Part shown: positions 18,632 to 29,542 of the stretch, piece by piece
Position numbering within the stretch: position 1 is the first letter of the stretch
How the letters are laid out: every line of letters begins with the position of its first letter
IMG/VR virus record: IMGVR_UViG_3300008451_000399
Coordinates: 22,412 to 86,411 of that record
From: a virus
Length of the DNA: 64,000 bases
Direction: 5' to 3' (one strand)
Notes under the pieces: model-generated
What the model saw: the letters and a program-made list of their open reading frames with translations, nothing else
What the model was told of the DNA's origin: nothing
The model's database searches: none
Program-made: the position numbers and the translations under genes

Positions 18632-19600
18632 TTAATACTCCCATTCTCCAGTTAATGATTGTTTACTATAAGCTGTGATTGTACTTTCAAAGAAGTTACC
18701 AAACACGCCATCCCCTGTAATTTCTTCAATGAAAGGTAAAGGATTTTTCTCTACGTTAAATTGAGGTTTAAATCCCATCTGTTGCATCCGAATGTCACAA
18801 ACAAATCGAATGTAGTCTTTCAAATCTTTCTTTAACAACTTCTCATTATCCTCGATGTTGTAGCACAAGTCAATGAAATCATCTTCAAGTTTTACAACTG
18901 TTCGAGCTGTCTCGTAGATTGTTTTCTTGAATTCCTCATTTACAACAGAAGGGTTCTCAGCAACAAATATCTTGAACAACTCAGACAACCCTTGTACGTG
19001 AAGCTGCTCGTCAATAATCGACCATTGGTTAATACTTACAAGTCCTGACAACTGTCCTTGACGAGAGAAGTTTAAAAGCATTGCAAAGGACGCGAATAAC
19101 GAAACTCCTTCTAACAGAATCTGTTTAGCTAAATATTCAGCAATGCCTTTATTAGACCTCATGTTTGATTGCTCAATAAAGAATGTGTGCTTATCCGCCA
19201 TCTCTTTATATTGCAAGAACTCAGACATAAAAGCTTCTGTGTCATACCCAAGTGTGTCATTTAATCGTTTATACGCTTTAATGTGTGTCACTTCACGACT
19301 AGCAAATGACAACAACATCATACGAGCGTCTGCTTGCTTAAATACTGGTAACAGCTTCTCAACATAACCTGAGCATACATCCGTATCTGCTTGAGTGAAC
19401 AAACGTAGAATCATCTTAACAAACTCTTTACGTTGTGGGGCAATGCTTCCATCTTTCCACTGTGTAACATCTTGAGCCATGTCAGCTTCATCTTCAATCC
19501 AATGACTTCGCTCGTGCTTTCCTAACAGCTCTTGCAGTACGTGGTACTTTGGTACAAAAATCTCTGTGGCTTCTGTAATCTTACTCATATTATCCTTCAC
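18632..19600 (-). CDS. nrdB: ribonucleotide reductase class I beta subunit
   Basis: FTQAD, E.THIKAY (radical Tyr), EGVSLF and DEQLH di-iron ligands; NFFE tail. Confidence 0.95.
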   Translation of the reverse strand: MKDNMSKITEATEIFVPKYHVLQELLGKHERSHWIEDEADMAQDVTQWKDGSIAPQRKEFVKMILRLFTQADTDVCSGYVEKLLPVFKQADARMMLLSFASREVTHIKAYKRLNDTLGYDTEAFMSEFLQYKEMADKHTFFIEQSNMRSNKGIAEYLAKQILLEGVSLFASFAMLLNFSRQGQLSGLVSINQWSIIDEQLHVQGLSELFKIFVAENPSVVNEEFKKTIYETARTVVKLEDDFIDLCYNIEDNEKLLKKDLKDYIRFVCDIRMQQMGFKPQFNVEKNPLPFIEEITGDGVFGNFFESTITAYSKQSLTGEWEY

Positions 19601-21422
19601 AACTTAAACATGTTGACTTTGTAGGGTCTTGCCAATCGACAAGAGCTTTACGTTCAATTTTCTGTGCAATGTCGATATTACCCTCTCGTTCTGTTCGGAA
19701 GTAGTACAGGGTGAGCACATTAGGACTATGCAAGAACTTACGATGCACAGAATTAACATACTTACGACTACTACCAAATGGGAAGAACAAGTTCAAGCTA
19801 CTTGCTTGACATACACTCTTACCTCGTGCTTCCGCAATTTCAATCAACCAATGTTGGTCAATCTCCATAGCCGTAGCATACACTTTCTTCTCGTGATCTG
19901 TCAAGAACTCTAAGTGACTTACCCGACCTTCATTATCTTGAATACTCTTCCACACTTCATCTGTATCCATATCATGTTTCTTCAACACATTTACAAGATT
20001 GCCATTCTTCACTGTAAATGTACCAGCACGAGAGCTTTGTAAGAATACATTACGGAAGTATGGTTCAATACTCGGACTTGTATTTAAGATAGAAGCACTG
20101 TTAGAGTTTGGTGCAACTGCCATTAATCGACTGTTACGCAATCCAGTTCCAACCATATCATCAGGTTCACCTCGCTCTTTAGCAAGACGTTTACTTTCTT
20201 CCACAGCACGTTTCTTAATCAATCCAAACAATCGTTCTGTCATTGTTACAGCATTGTTTAAGCTGTCAGCTCCCTCTAAAGGAATTCCTTTGTTTTGCAA
20301 ATAACTATGAAACCCCAAAGTACCTAACCCTAAACCACGTTCAGATTTAGCAGAGAATCGGGCTTTAGACAATGTAGCAGGAGCGTTATCAATAAAACTC
20401 TGCAATACATTGTCTAAGAATCGAATCAAATCTTCTACAATCTTTGTATCTTTCCATTCATCAAACTTCTCCAAATTCAAGCTAGATAGACAGCAAACAA
20501 ATGTGCGATTCTCGTCTGTTGGCATGAGGATTTCTGAACATAAGTTGCTACCGCGAATCTTCAACCCTTTTGCTTTCTGTGTCTCTGGAAGCTTACGATT
20601 AGCTTCATCAATCTTCAATAAATATGGCTCACCTGTCAATGCACGATTCTCTAAGATTGTTTCCCACACTTCACGAGCACGTAGTTCTTCATATACACGA
20701 CCACTGTGAGGGCATACTAACGGGTATGTGCTGTCAGATTCTACTGCTGCAATAAACTCATCTGTAAGATTCACAGCAGAATGGTATTGTTGTCGGTTAT
20801 CACTACGTCTTTTTGCGTCTCCTCCAGCTTTACGGAAGTTGATGTGTTCTATAATGTCAGGATGATCTACATTGCAATAAGCTGCAATTGCACCACGTCT
20901 ATTTTGTTGTCGGAAATAACCAATTGCAGAATCCATTACTTTCTGGTAAGGAATATTGCCAACAGCCTTACCGCCTACTCCACGAATACTCAAATGAGCA
21001 CCTGTACCCCCACCACTCATAGACAACGTTGCAAGCTCTTGAATTGCCTCAACTTGACCTTGTGCTGTATCAGGTACATCAAATGCAAAACAACTAATAG
21101 GTAGTCCACGGGCTTTTTCTTCTGCAATAAATGTGCTTGTGTACCAATAATGTTTACCTTGTTTCTCAGGGTCTTCTACCCACTTACCTTTTGCTGCATT
21201 ACTCAATACAGGACTTGCATACATAAACCAACCATTGTACACATATTCATAAATTCTTTGTGCCAATTCATAATCACCATAACAATACGCTGCTGCAGGT
21301 CTTGCTAAAGCCATTGGGATAGTTTCATCATCTCGTTTATAAAAACCATCTAATAATGTTTTTGAGAACTCTGTAATGTATGAAGGGTCTTTCTCGTGAA
21401 TCTTAATTCCCAAATATTCCAT
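19590..21422 (-). CDS. nrdA: ribonucleotide reductase class I alpha subunit without ATP cone (start MEYLG)
   Basis: ASPVLSN, PISCF, SNLCSEI, CCLSSLNL, APNSNS, TLYYFR, C-terminal CLSCEG; RBS supports 21422 rather than 21476. Confidence 0.95.
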   Translation of the reverse strand: MEYLGIKIHEKDPSYITEFSKTLLDGFYKRDDETIPMALARPAAAYCYGDYELAQRIYEYVYNGWFMYASPVLSNAAKGKWVEDPEKQGKHYWYTSTFIAEEKARGLPISCFAFDVPDTAQGQVEAIQELATLSMSGGGTGAHLSIRGVGGKAVGNIPYQKVMDSAIGYFRQQNRRGAIAAYCNVDHPDIIEHINFRKAGGDAKRRSDNRQQYHSAVNLTDEFIAAVESDSTYPLVCPHSGRVYEELRAREVWETILENRALTGEPYLLKIDEANRKLPETQKAKGLKIRGSNLCSEILMPTDENRTFVCCLSSLNLEKFDEWKDTKIVEDLIRFLDNVLQSFIDNAPATLSKARFSAKSERGLGLGTLGFHSYLQNKGIPLEGADSLNNAVTMTERLFGLIKKRAVEESKRLAKERGEPDDMVGTGLRNSRLMAVAPNSNSASILNTSPSIEPYFRNVFLQSSRAGTFTVKNGNLVNVLKKHDMDTDEVWKSIQDNEGRVSHLEFLTDHEKKVYATAMEIDQHWLIEIAEARGKSVCQASSLNLFFPFGSSRKYVNSVHRKFLHSPNVLTLYYFRTEREGNIDIAQKIERKALVDWQDPTKSTCLSCEG

Positions 21423-21462
21423 AACTTCCTTTCTATTTATATATTCTGAAGAACGAAACAAT

Positions 21463-21491
21463 AGTATATCATCCATCCTTCAGAATTGCAA
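21463..21491 (-). promoter_or_regulatory. sigma70-like promoter for nrdAB
   Basis: TTGCAA-17nt-TATACT. Confidence 0.7.
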
Positions 21492-21496
21492 CAATC

Positions 21497-22084
21497 TTAC
21501 ACTGCAGGCTTTAAACTTTCTTGCCACTCTTGATAAACCTTCAATCCACCATTCTCCCCAATACTACAGCCCCGAATATGTGTAGCTAAATCATTGAGCA
21601 TATCAATTTGCTTCTCAACAGCTTTATAACCATCTTCAAAGCTATCTTGATAATCTCGATCATTTTCTACATCTTCATCAGCGTCTTTGCCATAGCTGAA
21701 ATTACCTCCTTGCAGCTTCTGTAGTTCTTGTACAAGTGTAACGTCCTGTCGCAAATTCGACAGAGTGCGTAATTCTGCTGTACATAAACTGCTATTACGA
21801 AACTCCTTGTCATTACGAATCTCGCCAATCAGACGATAGCCAATGACAGGTTGATTCTTGATATTGAGGTGTTGAGATGCTTCATACTTGAACCCCTGAG
21901 TAATGTCCATCCCGACTGTGAAAGCTTCTTGTAGCACATCGTAGTCGTTCTTAGGGTGAATTAACTCAGCTTCATTCATGTGTTTGAACTTATCTACTTT
22001 AAGAATATCTGATACTGATATTGACATCATATTAATAAGCCTTTCCACCGACAGCTTCTCGGTTTTCTTTTTTGTGGTCTGCAC
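21497..22084 (-). CDS. hypothetical protein
   Basis: 195-aa ORF; true start probably near 22030. Confidence 0.65.
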   Translation of the reverse strand: MQTTKKKTEKLSVERLINMMSISVSDILKVDKFKHMNEAELIHPKNDYDVLQEAFTVGMDITQGFKYEASQHLNIKNQPVIGYRLIGEIRNDKEFRNSSLCTAELRTLSNLRQDVTLVQELQKLQGGNFSYGKDADEDVENDRDYQDSFEDGYKAVEKQIDMLNDLATHIRGCSIGENGGLKVYQEWQESLKPAV

Positions 22085-22400
22085 GATTAGCGTTATACTT
22101 TAATTTTTCTACAATAGCCCCACCTAAGTCCATGTTATAAGCTCCAGCTAAATCAAAGATACGGATAACAGCATCTGCCAACTCTACTTCTCGCATATCT
22201 CGGTGCGGTAGTTTATCATCCATGCTGTCTTTACGATCACCTTCCATTGCCTCAGCAATCTCTGACACAATCAGCATAAGTTTCTGACTAAAACACATAG
22301 GATTTGTTCGTGTATCATATCCTTCTTTATCAACCCACCAACCTGCATCATAAGAAGCTTTGTGACAAATATCTACTACATCATTAATTTTATATTTCAA
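22032..22400 (-). CDS. MazG-like all-alpha NTP pyrophosphohydrolase
   Basis: KLMLIVSEIAEAMEGDRK...EVELADAVIRIFDLAG...EKLKYNANR. Confidence 0.88.
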   Translation of the reverse strand: MKYKINDVVDICHKASYDAGWWVDKEGYDTRTNPMCFSQKLMLIVSEIAEAMEGDRKDSMDDKLPHRDMREVELADAVIRIFDLAGAYNMDLGGAIVEKLKYNANRADHKKENREAVGGKAY

Positions 22401-22570
22401 TTTAAATCTCCTTGTCCGTTAATTCTTCTACATTTAACACTTGTAAATTGTGTGGCTCCCACTCACTGCCATCGTAAGGTAGGTATTGAATAAGTGTATT
22501 TACTGCATCCTCTGGTATATCATTATACCCTACATCTATTGTGCAGAGTACCCTGAATGTTTTATTCACA

Positions 22571-23470
22571 CTATTTCTCCTTAAACATATAACTAAAAGC
22601 AGCTTTAGTTTTTATTTCATTAATCTTGCGTTTATCTTCATCTTCCATTGAGTTCCAGACATCAGGTGAGATGTAGGCTTCTTGGATAGAAACTTTCAAT
22701 CCTTTTCGTTTCATCTCACAAGGACAATAAGTGTCTGTACCAGATGCTCCCATACATGCACATAAGTTCATCACACTTCATCCTCACAAATCACTCTACC
22801 CTCTGGGTACATTTTAGCATTGATTGCTTCCCAAGCATCTAATTCTGTTTTAAAACGTCTACGGTCTTGATACCAAATATCTTCCCATACCAGCAAAGCT
22901 TTGTATTGAGCTTTGAACATTCCATAGTTTGCAATAATTCTTACTTTCATAACACCTCCTAAAAATTAAAATGAAACCCTTTCATTTGCTCCCTCATTTG
23001 TTTCTCTACAGCAAACTGATTATGAATTACACTGATGTCCAAGTCAAGTGATTTCAAGTAACTTAATAAATCTGGTTCTTGCTTATAGTCAATCATTATA
23101 CCATAGAAGTATTGCTTCACACCTACTGAGAAACCTTTGTCATCATACATTGCAATACCGTCTACAAGAGTTCCAAAGTTTCCTTGTGGTGATAGTGCAA
23201 TCATACCATTCTCAAGGAATGTAATGTTAAGCGGTAGTGTTCCTAAGGGAGTTGTTATTTGTTGCATATAACCTCATCGAATAAAACTGTATTAAACCCT
23301 TTAGAATAACCTACTAAATACACTTCTGAATGCCAACTCCATACGTCAATGAAATTTACTTCGTATGTTTCTCCTACAGTTAAATACTCGTTAGCTCTGT
23401 CTTTGCAAGCTTGTAAGCCTTCTTTTGCAGTGTACACTACTTTAGTTCCTTTGGGTGAGTAGATGTTCAT
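22571..23470 (-). other. small hypothetical ORFs (22571-22774, 22959-23267, 23255-23470)
   Basis: Tightly packed ORFs. Confidence 0.55.
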
Positions 23471-24042
23471 TTATTTTCCTTCCCATGACGGTCTGTGTAT
23501 CCTGCACCCTGAGAGTTTAATTCTTCAATCATCTTCTGACGATGGATTACTGCATCTCTGAATGCAACCATGATTCCTAGTTTCTTTACTGAAAATGATT
23601 TTGTCACTTTAGCTCCGTTTGTGAGATTACACCAAGAGGCTCTGACATATAACTCTTTTATCCAATTTTCTTGAAAAGTTACTCCAGTAACACCAGAACT
23701 GTTTCTACTATTCATCTTACAGTTTCTAGCATTCTTAATTAACTCTATCACCCTCAAATTGGTTATAAAATTATTCAGAGAATTTCCGTCTCTATGATCT
23801 ACGAGAAAACCCTCTGGAACTTTTCCTTTGAACATTTCCCAAACAATAATGTGAGCAGGACGTTTAATTCTTTTAACACAATTATACCAATACCCATCTG
23901 TACCGATACTACCAGCAGCATCTCCAGATATAGCTATAAAGTTATTGTGATGTTTTGTATTAGTCCTACTGACTTTCCATCTTAAACAACTAGGAGAAGT
24001 CTCATCATAATAGAACCAATCATTCCAATTAATCTTTTCCAT
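23467..24042 (-). CDS. HNH homing endonuclease
   Basis: YDETSPSCLRWK; AHIIVWEM...VDHRDGNSLNNFITNLR; NSSGVTGV; C-terminal DNA-binding domain. Confidence 0.9.
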   Translation of the reverse strand: MEKINWNDWFYYDETSPSCLRWKVSRTNTKHHNNFIAISGDAAGSIGTDGYWYNCVKRIKRPAHIIVWEMFKGKVPEGFLVDHRDGNSLNNFITNLRVIELIKNARNCKMNSRNSSGVTGVTFQENWIKELYVRASWCNLTNGAKVTKSFSVKKLGIMVAFRDAVIHRQKMIEELNSQGAGYTDRHGKENK

Positions 24043-25075
24043 ACTGTTCTTTCAGCCAATCAATAGAGACAAACACAGGGTTATAGCTTCCGTTTTTGAC
24101 ACCATGCTTTAATACCACTCCACGCCAATGCTTGTTGCCCTGTACACCCTTGTAATCTTCCTCATGCTCGTAGTAAGAACCACACTGTAAACCCCACTGT
24201 TGCGTACCATCTACTTGTAAGAATCGTGTAGCAACATCTAGCGTCTGTTTGTGCCCAACACTGAACGATTTTCCGATTGTCTTCAGCATTGTGGCTGCAT
24301 TTCCACCAAGCGGTTTGCCATTCATTACATTCTGTAGATAATGAACGTAGTGTACACCACCAACATTAATTGGGGTTAGAAATGGAATCACCTCCCACCC
24401 AAACTCTTCATACTTTAAGTCTGAGATACTTAAAAAGCCATGTAAAGCTGGTGTGGCATCTACATACCGATTAATCCTGTTCTCATGATTTCCCAAAGTC
24501 AGAATAAGTCGTGGTTTGTATTTAATCACTCCAAACTCTTCTAACTCTGCTTGTTGTAAGTTGTATAAAGGTTCTAATAAAGCTTCCATTCCTTCGATAG
24601 CTGAGTTAATATCTTCTTGCACTCGCTTACCTTCAGCAGACTTCTTACCTTTATCGTACTCGGATAAAGACTCCATGTCAGCATGATCGCCAGCATGAAT
24701 AATTACATCTGGTTTCTTGCGCACAATATACTGTCCAAGCCATTTCAGGTAGTCTAAAGAGATATTAGGCTTACATTGTGTGTCTGGAATGAATAAATGA
24801 GTACCTTCTTGTTTTGTCGAGTCTGTGTCAATTTTGAATACCGATTCATAACTAACTGACTCCTTATCAGCAACAACACTAGCTTGTTCATACATCTCAT
24901 CAACCCGCTTAACAGCATCAGTGTCATCATCCACTTTATCACGCATCTTATAATACTCTCGCAAGAAATCTGAACACGTGCTTTTTGGCACATCCAATTC
25001 TCGTGCAATACCACGCCAAGATAATGCGCCAGTTTCCGCTAACTTGATTGCATCTAATTGCCATTCTTTATTCAT
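24029..25075 (-). CDS. calcineurin-like metallophosphoesterase with N-terminal HTH
   Basis: IPDTQ, AGDHAD, LGNHE, GHKQ motifs; N-terminal SWRGIARELDVPKST. Confidence 0.9.
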   Translation of the reverse strand: MNKEWQLDAIKLAETGALSWRGIARELDVPKSTCSDFLREYYKMRDKVDDDTDAVKRVDEMYEQASVVADKESVSYESVFKIDTDSTKQEGTHLFIPDTQCKPNISLDYLKWLGQYIVRKKPDVIIHAGDHADMESLSEYDKGKKSAEGKRVQEDINSAIEGMEALLEPLYNLQQAELEEFGVIKYKPRLILTLGNHENRINRYVDATPALHGFLSISDLKYEEFGWEVIPFLTPINVGGVHYVHYLQNVMNGKPLGGNAATMLKTIGKSFSVGHKQTLDVATRFLQVDGTQQWGLQCGSYYEHEEDYKGVQGNKHWRGVVLKHGVKNGSYNPVFVSIDWLKEQYGKD

Positions 25076-25259
25076 ACATTCTCCTCATCAATAATACAAC
25101 CTAATTCAAACTCATAACTATCTAATGCAGTTAACATAACATCATAAACACTGGCTACAACATATGGGTCACATAAATCAATAGGGTGTTGTAATTCTAT
25201 ACTGGAAGTAACTTCCCCAACAGTCCACGTCTTCTTTACCTTGAAGTATTGCTTATCAC

Positions 25260-25847
25260 TCATACACTTACTCCTTTCAAAATAGCCCTAACAGCTTCCT
25301 TGCGATTTGGGGCATTGTTTGTATTGTACTCGTTATGCCAATTATAGTCAAGTATGAACTGAACAATATCTTCTTTCTTTTCGTTCTTAAAAATAGCTAT
25401 TAGCTCTTTCTCCAGTCTAGCATCTTCAAAAGTAATTCCATGACCTTGCGCATAAGTTATAATCCCGTGGCACTCTTTACAGGCAATACGTAACCAAGAG
25501 TCATCTACATAGTACAAGTGCTTGGCATAAGCTTCAATGTCCTCTATAGACCGTAGAGAACCTTCATCTCCAATATGATCTACTTCAACAGACTTATCAA
25601 ATGGAAACTGCTTCCCACAAATCTCACAGTCGATCTTGTTAATCTCTGGGAACCTTTTCATTGATTTAGGGTTAGTGTTCTTAACTTTATACTTCTTAGA
25701 GTTCTTGTAATTGGTCTTAATAGCATAGTTACTCCAACCTTTTCTCAAAACTCCACGAAGCCAGTTAAGCCACTTACCTTCAGTCTTCCAAGGATTACCT
25801 TCTACTTCCCAAGGGAGGATTTCAGGACGCTTCATAGTTCCAACCAC
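25260..25847 (-). CDS. HNH-type endonuclease with Cys ligands
   Basis: CEIC...VEVDH...LRIACKECH. Confidence 0.75.
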   Translation of the reverse strand: MVGTMKRPEILPWEVEGNPWKTEGKWLNWLRGVLRKGWSNYAIKTNYKNSKKYKVKNTNPKSMKRFPEINKIDCEICGKQFPFDKSVEVDHIGDEGSLRSIEDIEAYAKHLYYVDDSWLRIACKECHGIITYAQGHGITFEDARLEKELIAIFKNEKKEDIVQFILDYNWHNEYNTNNAPNRKEAVRAILKGVSV

Positions 25848-26012
25848 CTTTCTCGTAGCTACTCATACAAGCCTTGTCAATTTCCCACAAATGCTCAGAC
25901 ACTTCTAAAGATATTCCAGCGTTCCATTCTTCAGGCATTGCACATAAGCTCATAGCTTCTCGTTTAGCCATATCTTCAAATAGCATCCATGCAGGTATTA
26001 CGTTGTTCCAGC

Positions 26013-27020
26013 TCATTGTTGTCCTTTTAGTTTCTTCAACACATCCGAAGCCACAACAACATCACCATCATAACGTAACATTCGACACATGTCAAAACAT
26101 TCGTTCATAACATATTCCCAATCAATAAGAATGTCGTCACCTCTCCAGCCTATTACATTCTTAGGTTCAGGATAAAGCTTCTTAAACACTTTCTCAATAT
26201 TCAGCCAAACTTCTTTATCATTCTTTGATTCATGTAACGCATTGAAAGCAGATACATCAGCCCACTTTAAATCTGAGAAACAGTTAGCAGCATAGTTATC
26301 TGAAGTGTCGTTCGAGCATAGTTGGAAGTAGTTGAACATCCTACCATAACCACGTACATCACCTTTCTCGTTACGCCAAAGTTTGCCAAAACAATCTCCG
26401 TTAATAATACCTTCGTCTACGCGATTAACATTGAAGAATCTGACAGGGCATCCGTAGAAATCTTTATCAACCCCTGTGACAATATTGTTGGGTTGTTTGT
26501 AGGCTTCTTGTACCACTCTATCATCATTCTCAATGTTTGTCACAATCTCTGCATCATATTTCTTTGCGAGGTACTCTGACACATCGTTCAAGAATAGTGC
26601 CTTTAAGGAGTCTGTTCTGTTCCCCTTATACTTCATCAGAGTAGATCGTTGCACACGAAAGCTCTCACCTTTACCTACGAATGCTTTATATTGTGTTGTA
26701 CCTAGATTGTACAGCGCAGCTTCTACCATTGATTTTGCTGTGTGTAGTACATTCTCAATAGGCTCTGGAGTTTGAATATCTGTGATTGTAAAGTCTGTAT
26801 AGAGCCAATCTTTACCTTGAGCCTTGTTGAATTCCCCAAGCCACCCTTCATCTTTAGACTTCTTACGCCCATACATCTCTGTACGTGTTGCAAATTCAAA
26901 CTCATCCCCTGTTGTGTTATGCACAGCTTTAATGCTGCGCTTTTCTCCTACAGAAGCGGCTGTATACTTGCACCAATCTAAGTCCAGAATCGCTGTTAGT
27001 TTAGTCATCATCATCTCCAA
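26013..27020 (-). CDS. 5'-3' exonuclease (FEN/PIN-like)
   Basis: ILDLD, KYKGNR, ENDD, VDKD and DTSDNY motifs. Confidence 0.9.
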   Translation of the reverse strand: MEMMMTKLTAILDLDWCKYTAASVGEKRSIKAVHNTTGDEFEFATRTEMYGRKKSKDEGWLGEFNKAQGKDWLYTDFTITDIQTPEPIENVLHTAKSMVEAALYNLGTTQYKAFVGKGESFRVQRSTLMKYKGNRTDSLKALFLNDVSEYLAKKYDAEIVTNIENDDRVVQEAYKQPNNIVTGVDKDFYGCPVRFFNVNRVDEGIINGDCFGKLWRNEKGDVRGYGRMFNYFQLCSNDTSDNYAANCFSDLKWADVSAFNALHESKNDKEVWLNIEKVFKKLYPEPKNVIGWRGDDILIDWEYVMNECFDMCRMLRYDGDVVVASDVLKKLKGQQ

Positions 27021-27232
27021 ACAATTCTTCCTGAGTAAAACTCTCCTTGATAAACCACTTCAACGCTTCGCTTCCAACCAACTCTCGCACAGCATCGAAC
27101 ATATCTGAGCCTAAACTTCTAGCTTCATCATTGTTCAATAAACCTGATTCAATTGTTGCACGAAACTCTGAAACCTTAAGCTCTAAATAACCACTACACT
27201 GAATAACATCAAATTCCATATTCTTCTCCTTA

Positions 27233-27272
27233 TAAAACTAAAAGCCCCCACCCCACGAGGAGCAAGGGCTTT
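27233..27272 (-). terminator. rho-independent terminator after the SSB gene
   Basis: AAAGCCC...GGGCTTT hairpin followed by TAGTTTT on the minus strand. Confidence 0.7.
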
Positions 27273-27302
27273 GTCAAGCTACATCAAATAGTTGTTATAA
27301 TA

Positions 27303-27956
27303 CTAAAACGGTGCTAGTTCATCGTCTGTATCTACAGGAACTTCTTTAGCTTTCTTAGCTGGAGCAGCCTTCTCAGGACGTGCTTCAAGAACTTCTTTAC
27401 GAGGAGCTTCTGTCTTCACTGGCTTAGAGCCAAACTCATCACCCGCCTTACCACTACCACCTGAAGATTCATACTCAATGAAATTATCCTCTTCCATTAA
27501 AACATTCTGCAAACGAGCAAATGTACCGAAGTCATTTGTAGAGATGTAATACGACACTTTACCAAATGAGCCATTAGCAATCAAACGACTTTGACCAATC
27601 TCTGTACGATTGCCTTCTGCGTCATCTACAAACACCTTTGGACGGAACTCTTCATCCACTGGCACACCATCATTTGTAGCTTGACGTTTGAGTTTAATGC
27701 CAAAGACATTCTTCTCATTCTTCAAAGAATCAGGTACAGGAATCTTGTATTTAGCTTCAAATTCAGAAGATTTAATCTTCTTAGCTGGTTGCTTTTTAAA
27801 TTGCTCATTCCATTCATCTGCTGTATCTTCATCTACGATAACTTCAATACTCCACTCTTTGTCTGTACTCTGGTATTTTGTATCTGGCTGTCCCACTTTA
27901 GCGTAGACGAAAGTACCTTCGATAGTACCATATTGAGATTTTTGTTTAGTTGCCAT
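27303..27956 (-). CDS. single-stranded DNA-binding protein (gp2.5-like)
   Basis: LIANGS.GKV motif; acidic C-terminus ending DDELAPF. Confidence 0.8.
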   Translation of the reverse strand: MATKQKSQYGTIEGTFVYAKVGQPDTKYQSTDKEWSIEVIVDEDTADEWNEQFKKQPAKKIKSSEFEAKYKIPVPDSLKNEKNVFGIKLKRQATNDGVPVDEEFRPKVFVDDAEGNRTEIGQSRLIANGSFGKVSYYISTNDFGTFARLQNVLMEEDNFIEYESSGGSGKAGDEFGSKPVKTEAPRKEVLEARPEKAAPAKKAKEVPVDTDDELAPF

Positions 27957-28037
27957 TATTTAGTTTCCTTTATAGAAATTGCTTATTAGATTTTCGTAGA
28001 GCACTTGCCTAAAGACACTACGCTGCCTTGTTAATTC

Positions 28038-28114
28038 TGGTGTACCGTGTGTGATTTGAACACACGACCTTGGTGTTATGAGCACCCTGCTACTGACCTC
28101 TGAGCTAACGGTAC
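28038..28114 (-). tRNA. tRNA with CAT anticodon, probably Ile2 (lysidine) rather than Met
   Basis: Cloverleaf: GTACCGT/ACGGTAC acceptor, loop CTCATAA, TTCAAAT T-loop, encoded CCA; C4-G69 and C5-G68 present; no initiator GGG/CCC stem. Confidence 0.85.
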
Positions 28115-28116
28115 AA

Positions 28117-28194
28117 TGGTGACACTGGCAGGAGTCGAACCTGCGACCTATGGAGTAGAAATCCACTGCTCTAAATCCTCTGAGCTACAGTGCC
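28117..28194 (-). tRNA. tRNA-Arg(TCT)
   Basis: GGCACTG/CAGTGTC acceptor, anticodon loop TTTCTAC, GGTTCGACTCC T-arm, encoded CCA. Confidence 0.92.
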
Positions 28195-28205
28195 ATTGAA
28201 ACGAT

Positions 28206-28234
28206 ATTATATACCACCTAAAAATTATTTGCAA
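28206..28234 (-). promoter_or_regulatory. sigma70-like promoter for the tRNAs and SSB
   Basis: TTGCAA-17nt-TATAAT ending 11 nt before the tRNA-Arg 5' end. Confidence 0.8.
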
Positions 28235-28247
28235 GCTTTATTTCACT

Positions 28248-29273
28248 TTAATTGCTGTAAGCACCGATGCGTTTCTCAAATTTATTTTTTAATCGTTCAT
28301 ACTCTTTTCGTTCATTCTCCTGAATACGTACTAGGAGTTCCATCTCCTTACGGGATACCTCTTCAACTTCCTCTTTAGTTTGTTCTCGCTCTAATTCAAT
28401 ACAAAAAGATGTGTCGTAGTCCCAACGAAAGAGGAAGTCTATTCTGGCATTTTCATCATACCTTTGCAAAACTTCTACAGCTTGCTTAATCGTCATTGAG
28501 TTAATTGACAAATCTTCTGCTAATACTGACTTAATCATTTCTGGTTTCATGCTAGCTCCTTTACTATTTTATTCAAAACATCATCTACAGATTGTCCTAA
28601 TACATCACAAGCATTAAATTGGAAGTAAATTGGGTTGAGTGAGATACAGGCATCTTTCTCCCACAGGTCAATGTCAGTTATGGTTAGACGTGATAGGAGG
28701 TAGTTGTACTTGACTTCTATAGTTGGTTTAGTATTCATCAGGTACTTTCATGTCAACAGTGATATCTGTGTCAAACATTTTTAATCGTTTGTCTCCACGA
28801 TTTGTAATGTAATCTAATACAATCCCATAAGCTTGAAACACTTTATCCTGATATACTAACTGTTCATTCACTGTCGTATTAGGGATTTTAACTCTGGAAG
28901 CATCTGCAAACAACTTAGCACGGACGATTTCTTCCATTATATCTTCATTTGAATGTTTTGTAAAATCAATTTTCATACTTTCTCCTTAATATGTCTGTCA
29001 TGTAAATATACTGTGAACAATAATAACATTATTGTTAAACTCTAAGTGGAACTTACTTATAGAATTAAACACAGATGTCCAGCTTTTAGGTATATCCTCT
29101 CCATTCTGTAAAGCTATCCTCACAAAAGCACTAGGACGTAGTGCAGGATGTTGAAGTATATCAGTGAATACTTTGTCTGTCACAACATACGCACCCTCTG
29201 GAAGTTTTTCAAAATAATCTAAAGCATTGAATGTACACTTCTTTAAATTTTCTCCAAGTTCTTCAACATTCAT
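28248..29273 (-). other. four small hypothetical ORFs
   Basis: Closely packed ORFs 28248-28550, 28547-28738, 28728-28976, 28998-29273. Confidence 0.6.
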
Positions 29274-29542
29274 GGCTTCTCCTTCGTAATAAACCTACTA
29301 TGAATCCACATACCCAACATTGCCCCAAGCCCACTTCCAGTGCCTATCCAAAACACTAACCAACCCCATCCATGCTTGCTAATTACTGTAATAGTCCAAA
29401 CTTCAAGTGCTCCCATCATTAGAGATACTGGAAGGATTAGCATGTAGTGTTTACCAGCGACTGATAATTGTTGAAATGCTTTGAGTGCAACGAAGCAGAA
29501 GCTTGCAAAGAATGCTAGGAAGTACATTGCAGGTGGATTCAT
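29270..29542 (-). CDS. small three-TM membrane protein
   Basis: Three hydrophobic helices; AFQQLSV and GTGSGLGAMLG. Confidence 0.7.
   Translation of the reverse strand: MNPPAMYFLAFFASFCFVALKAFQQLSVAGKHYMLILPVSLMMGALEVWTITVISKHGWGWLVFWIGTGSGLGAMLGMWIHSRFITKEKP

Noticed and set aside
27960-28166. 68-aa ORF on the minus strand
   Set aside because: It runs through the two tRNA genes and is a translation artefact
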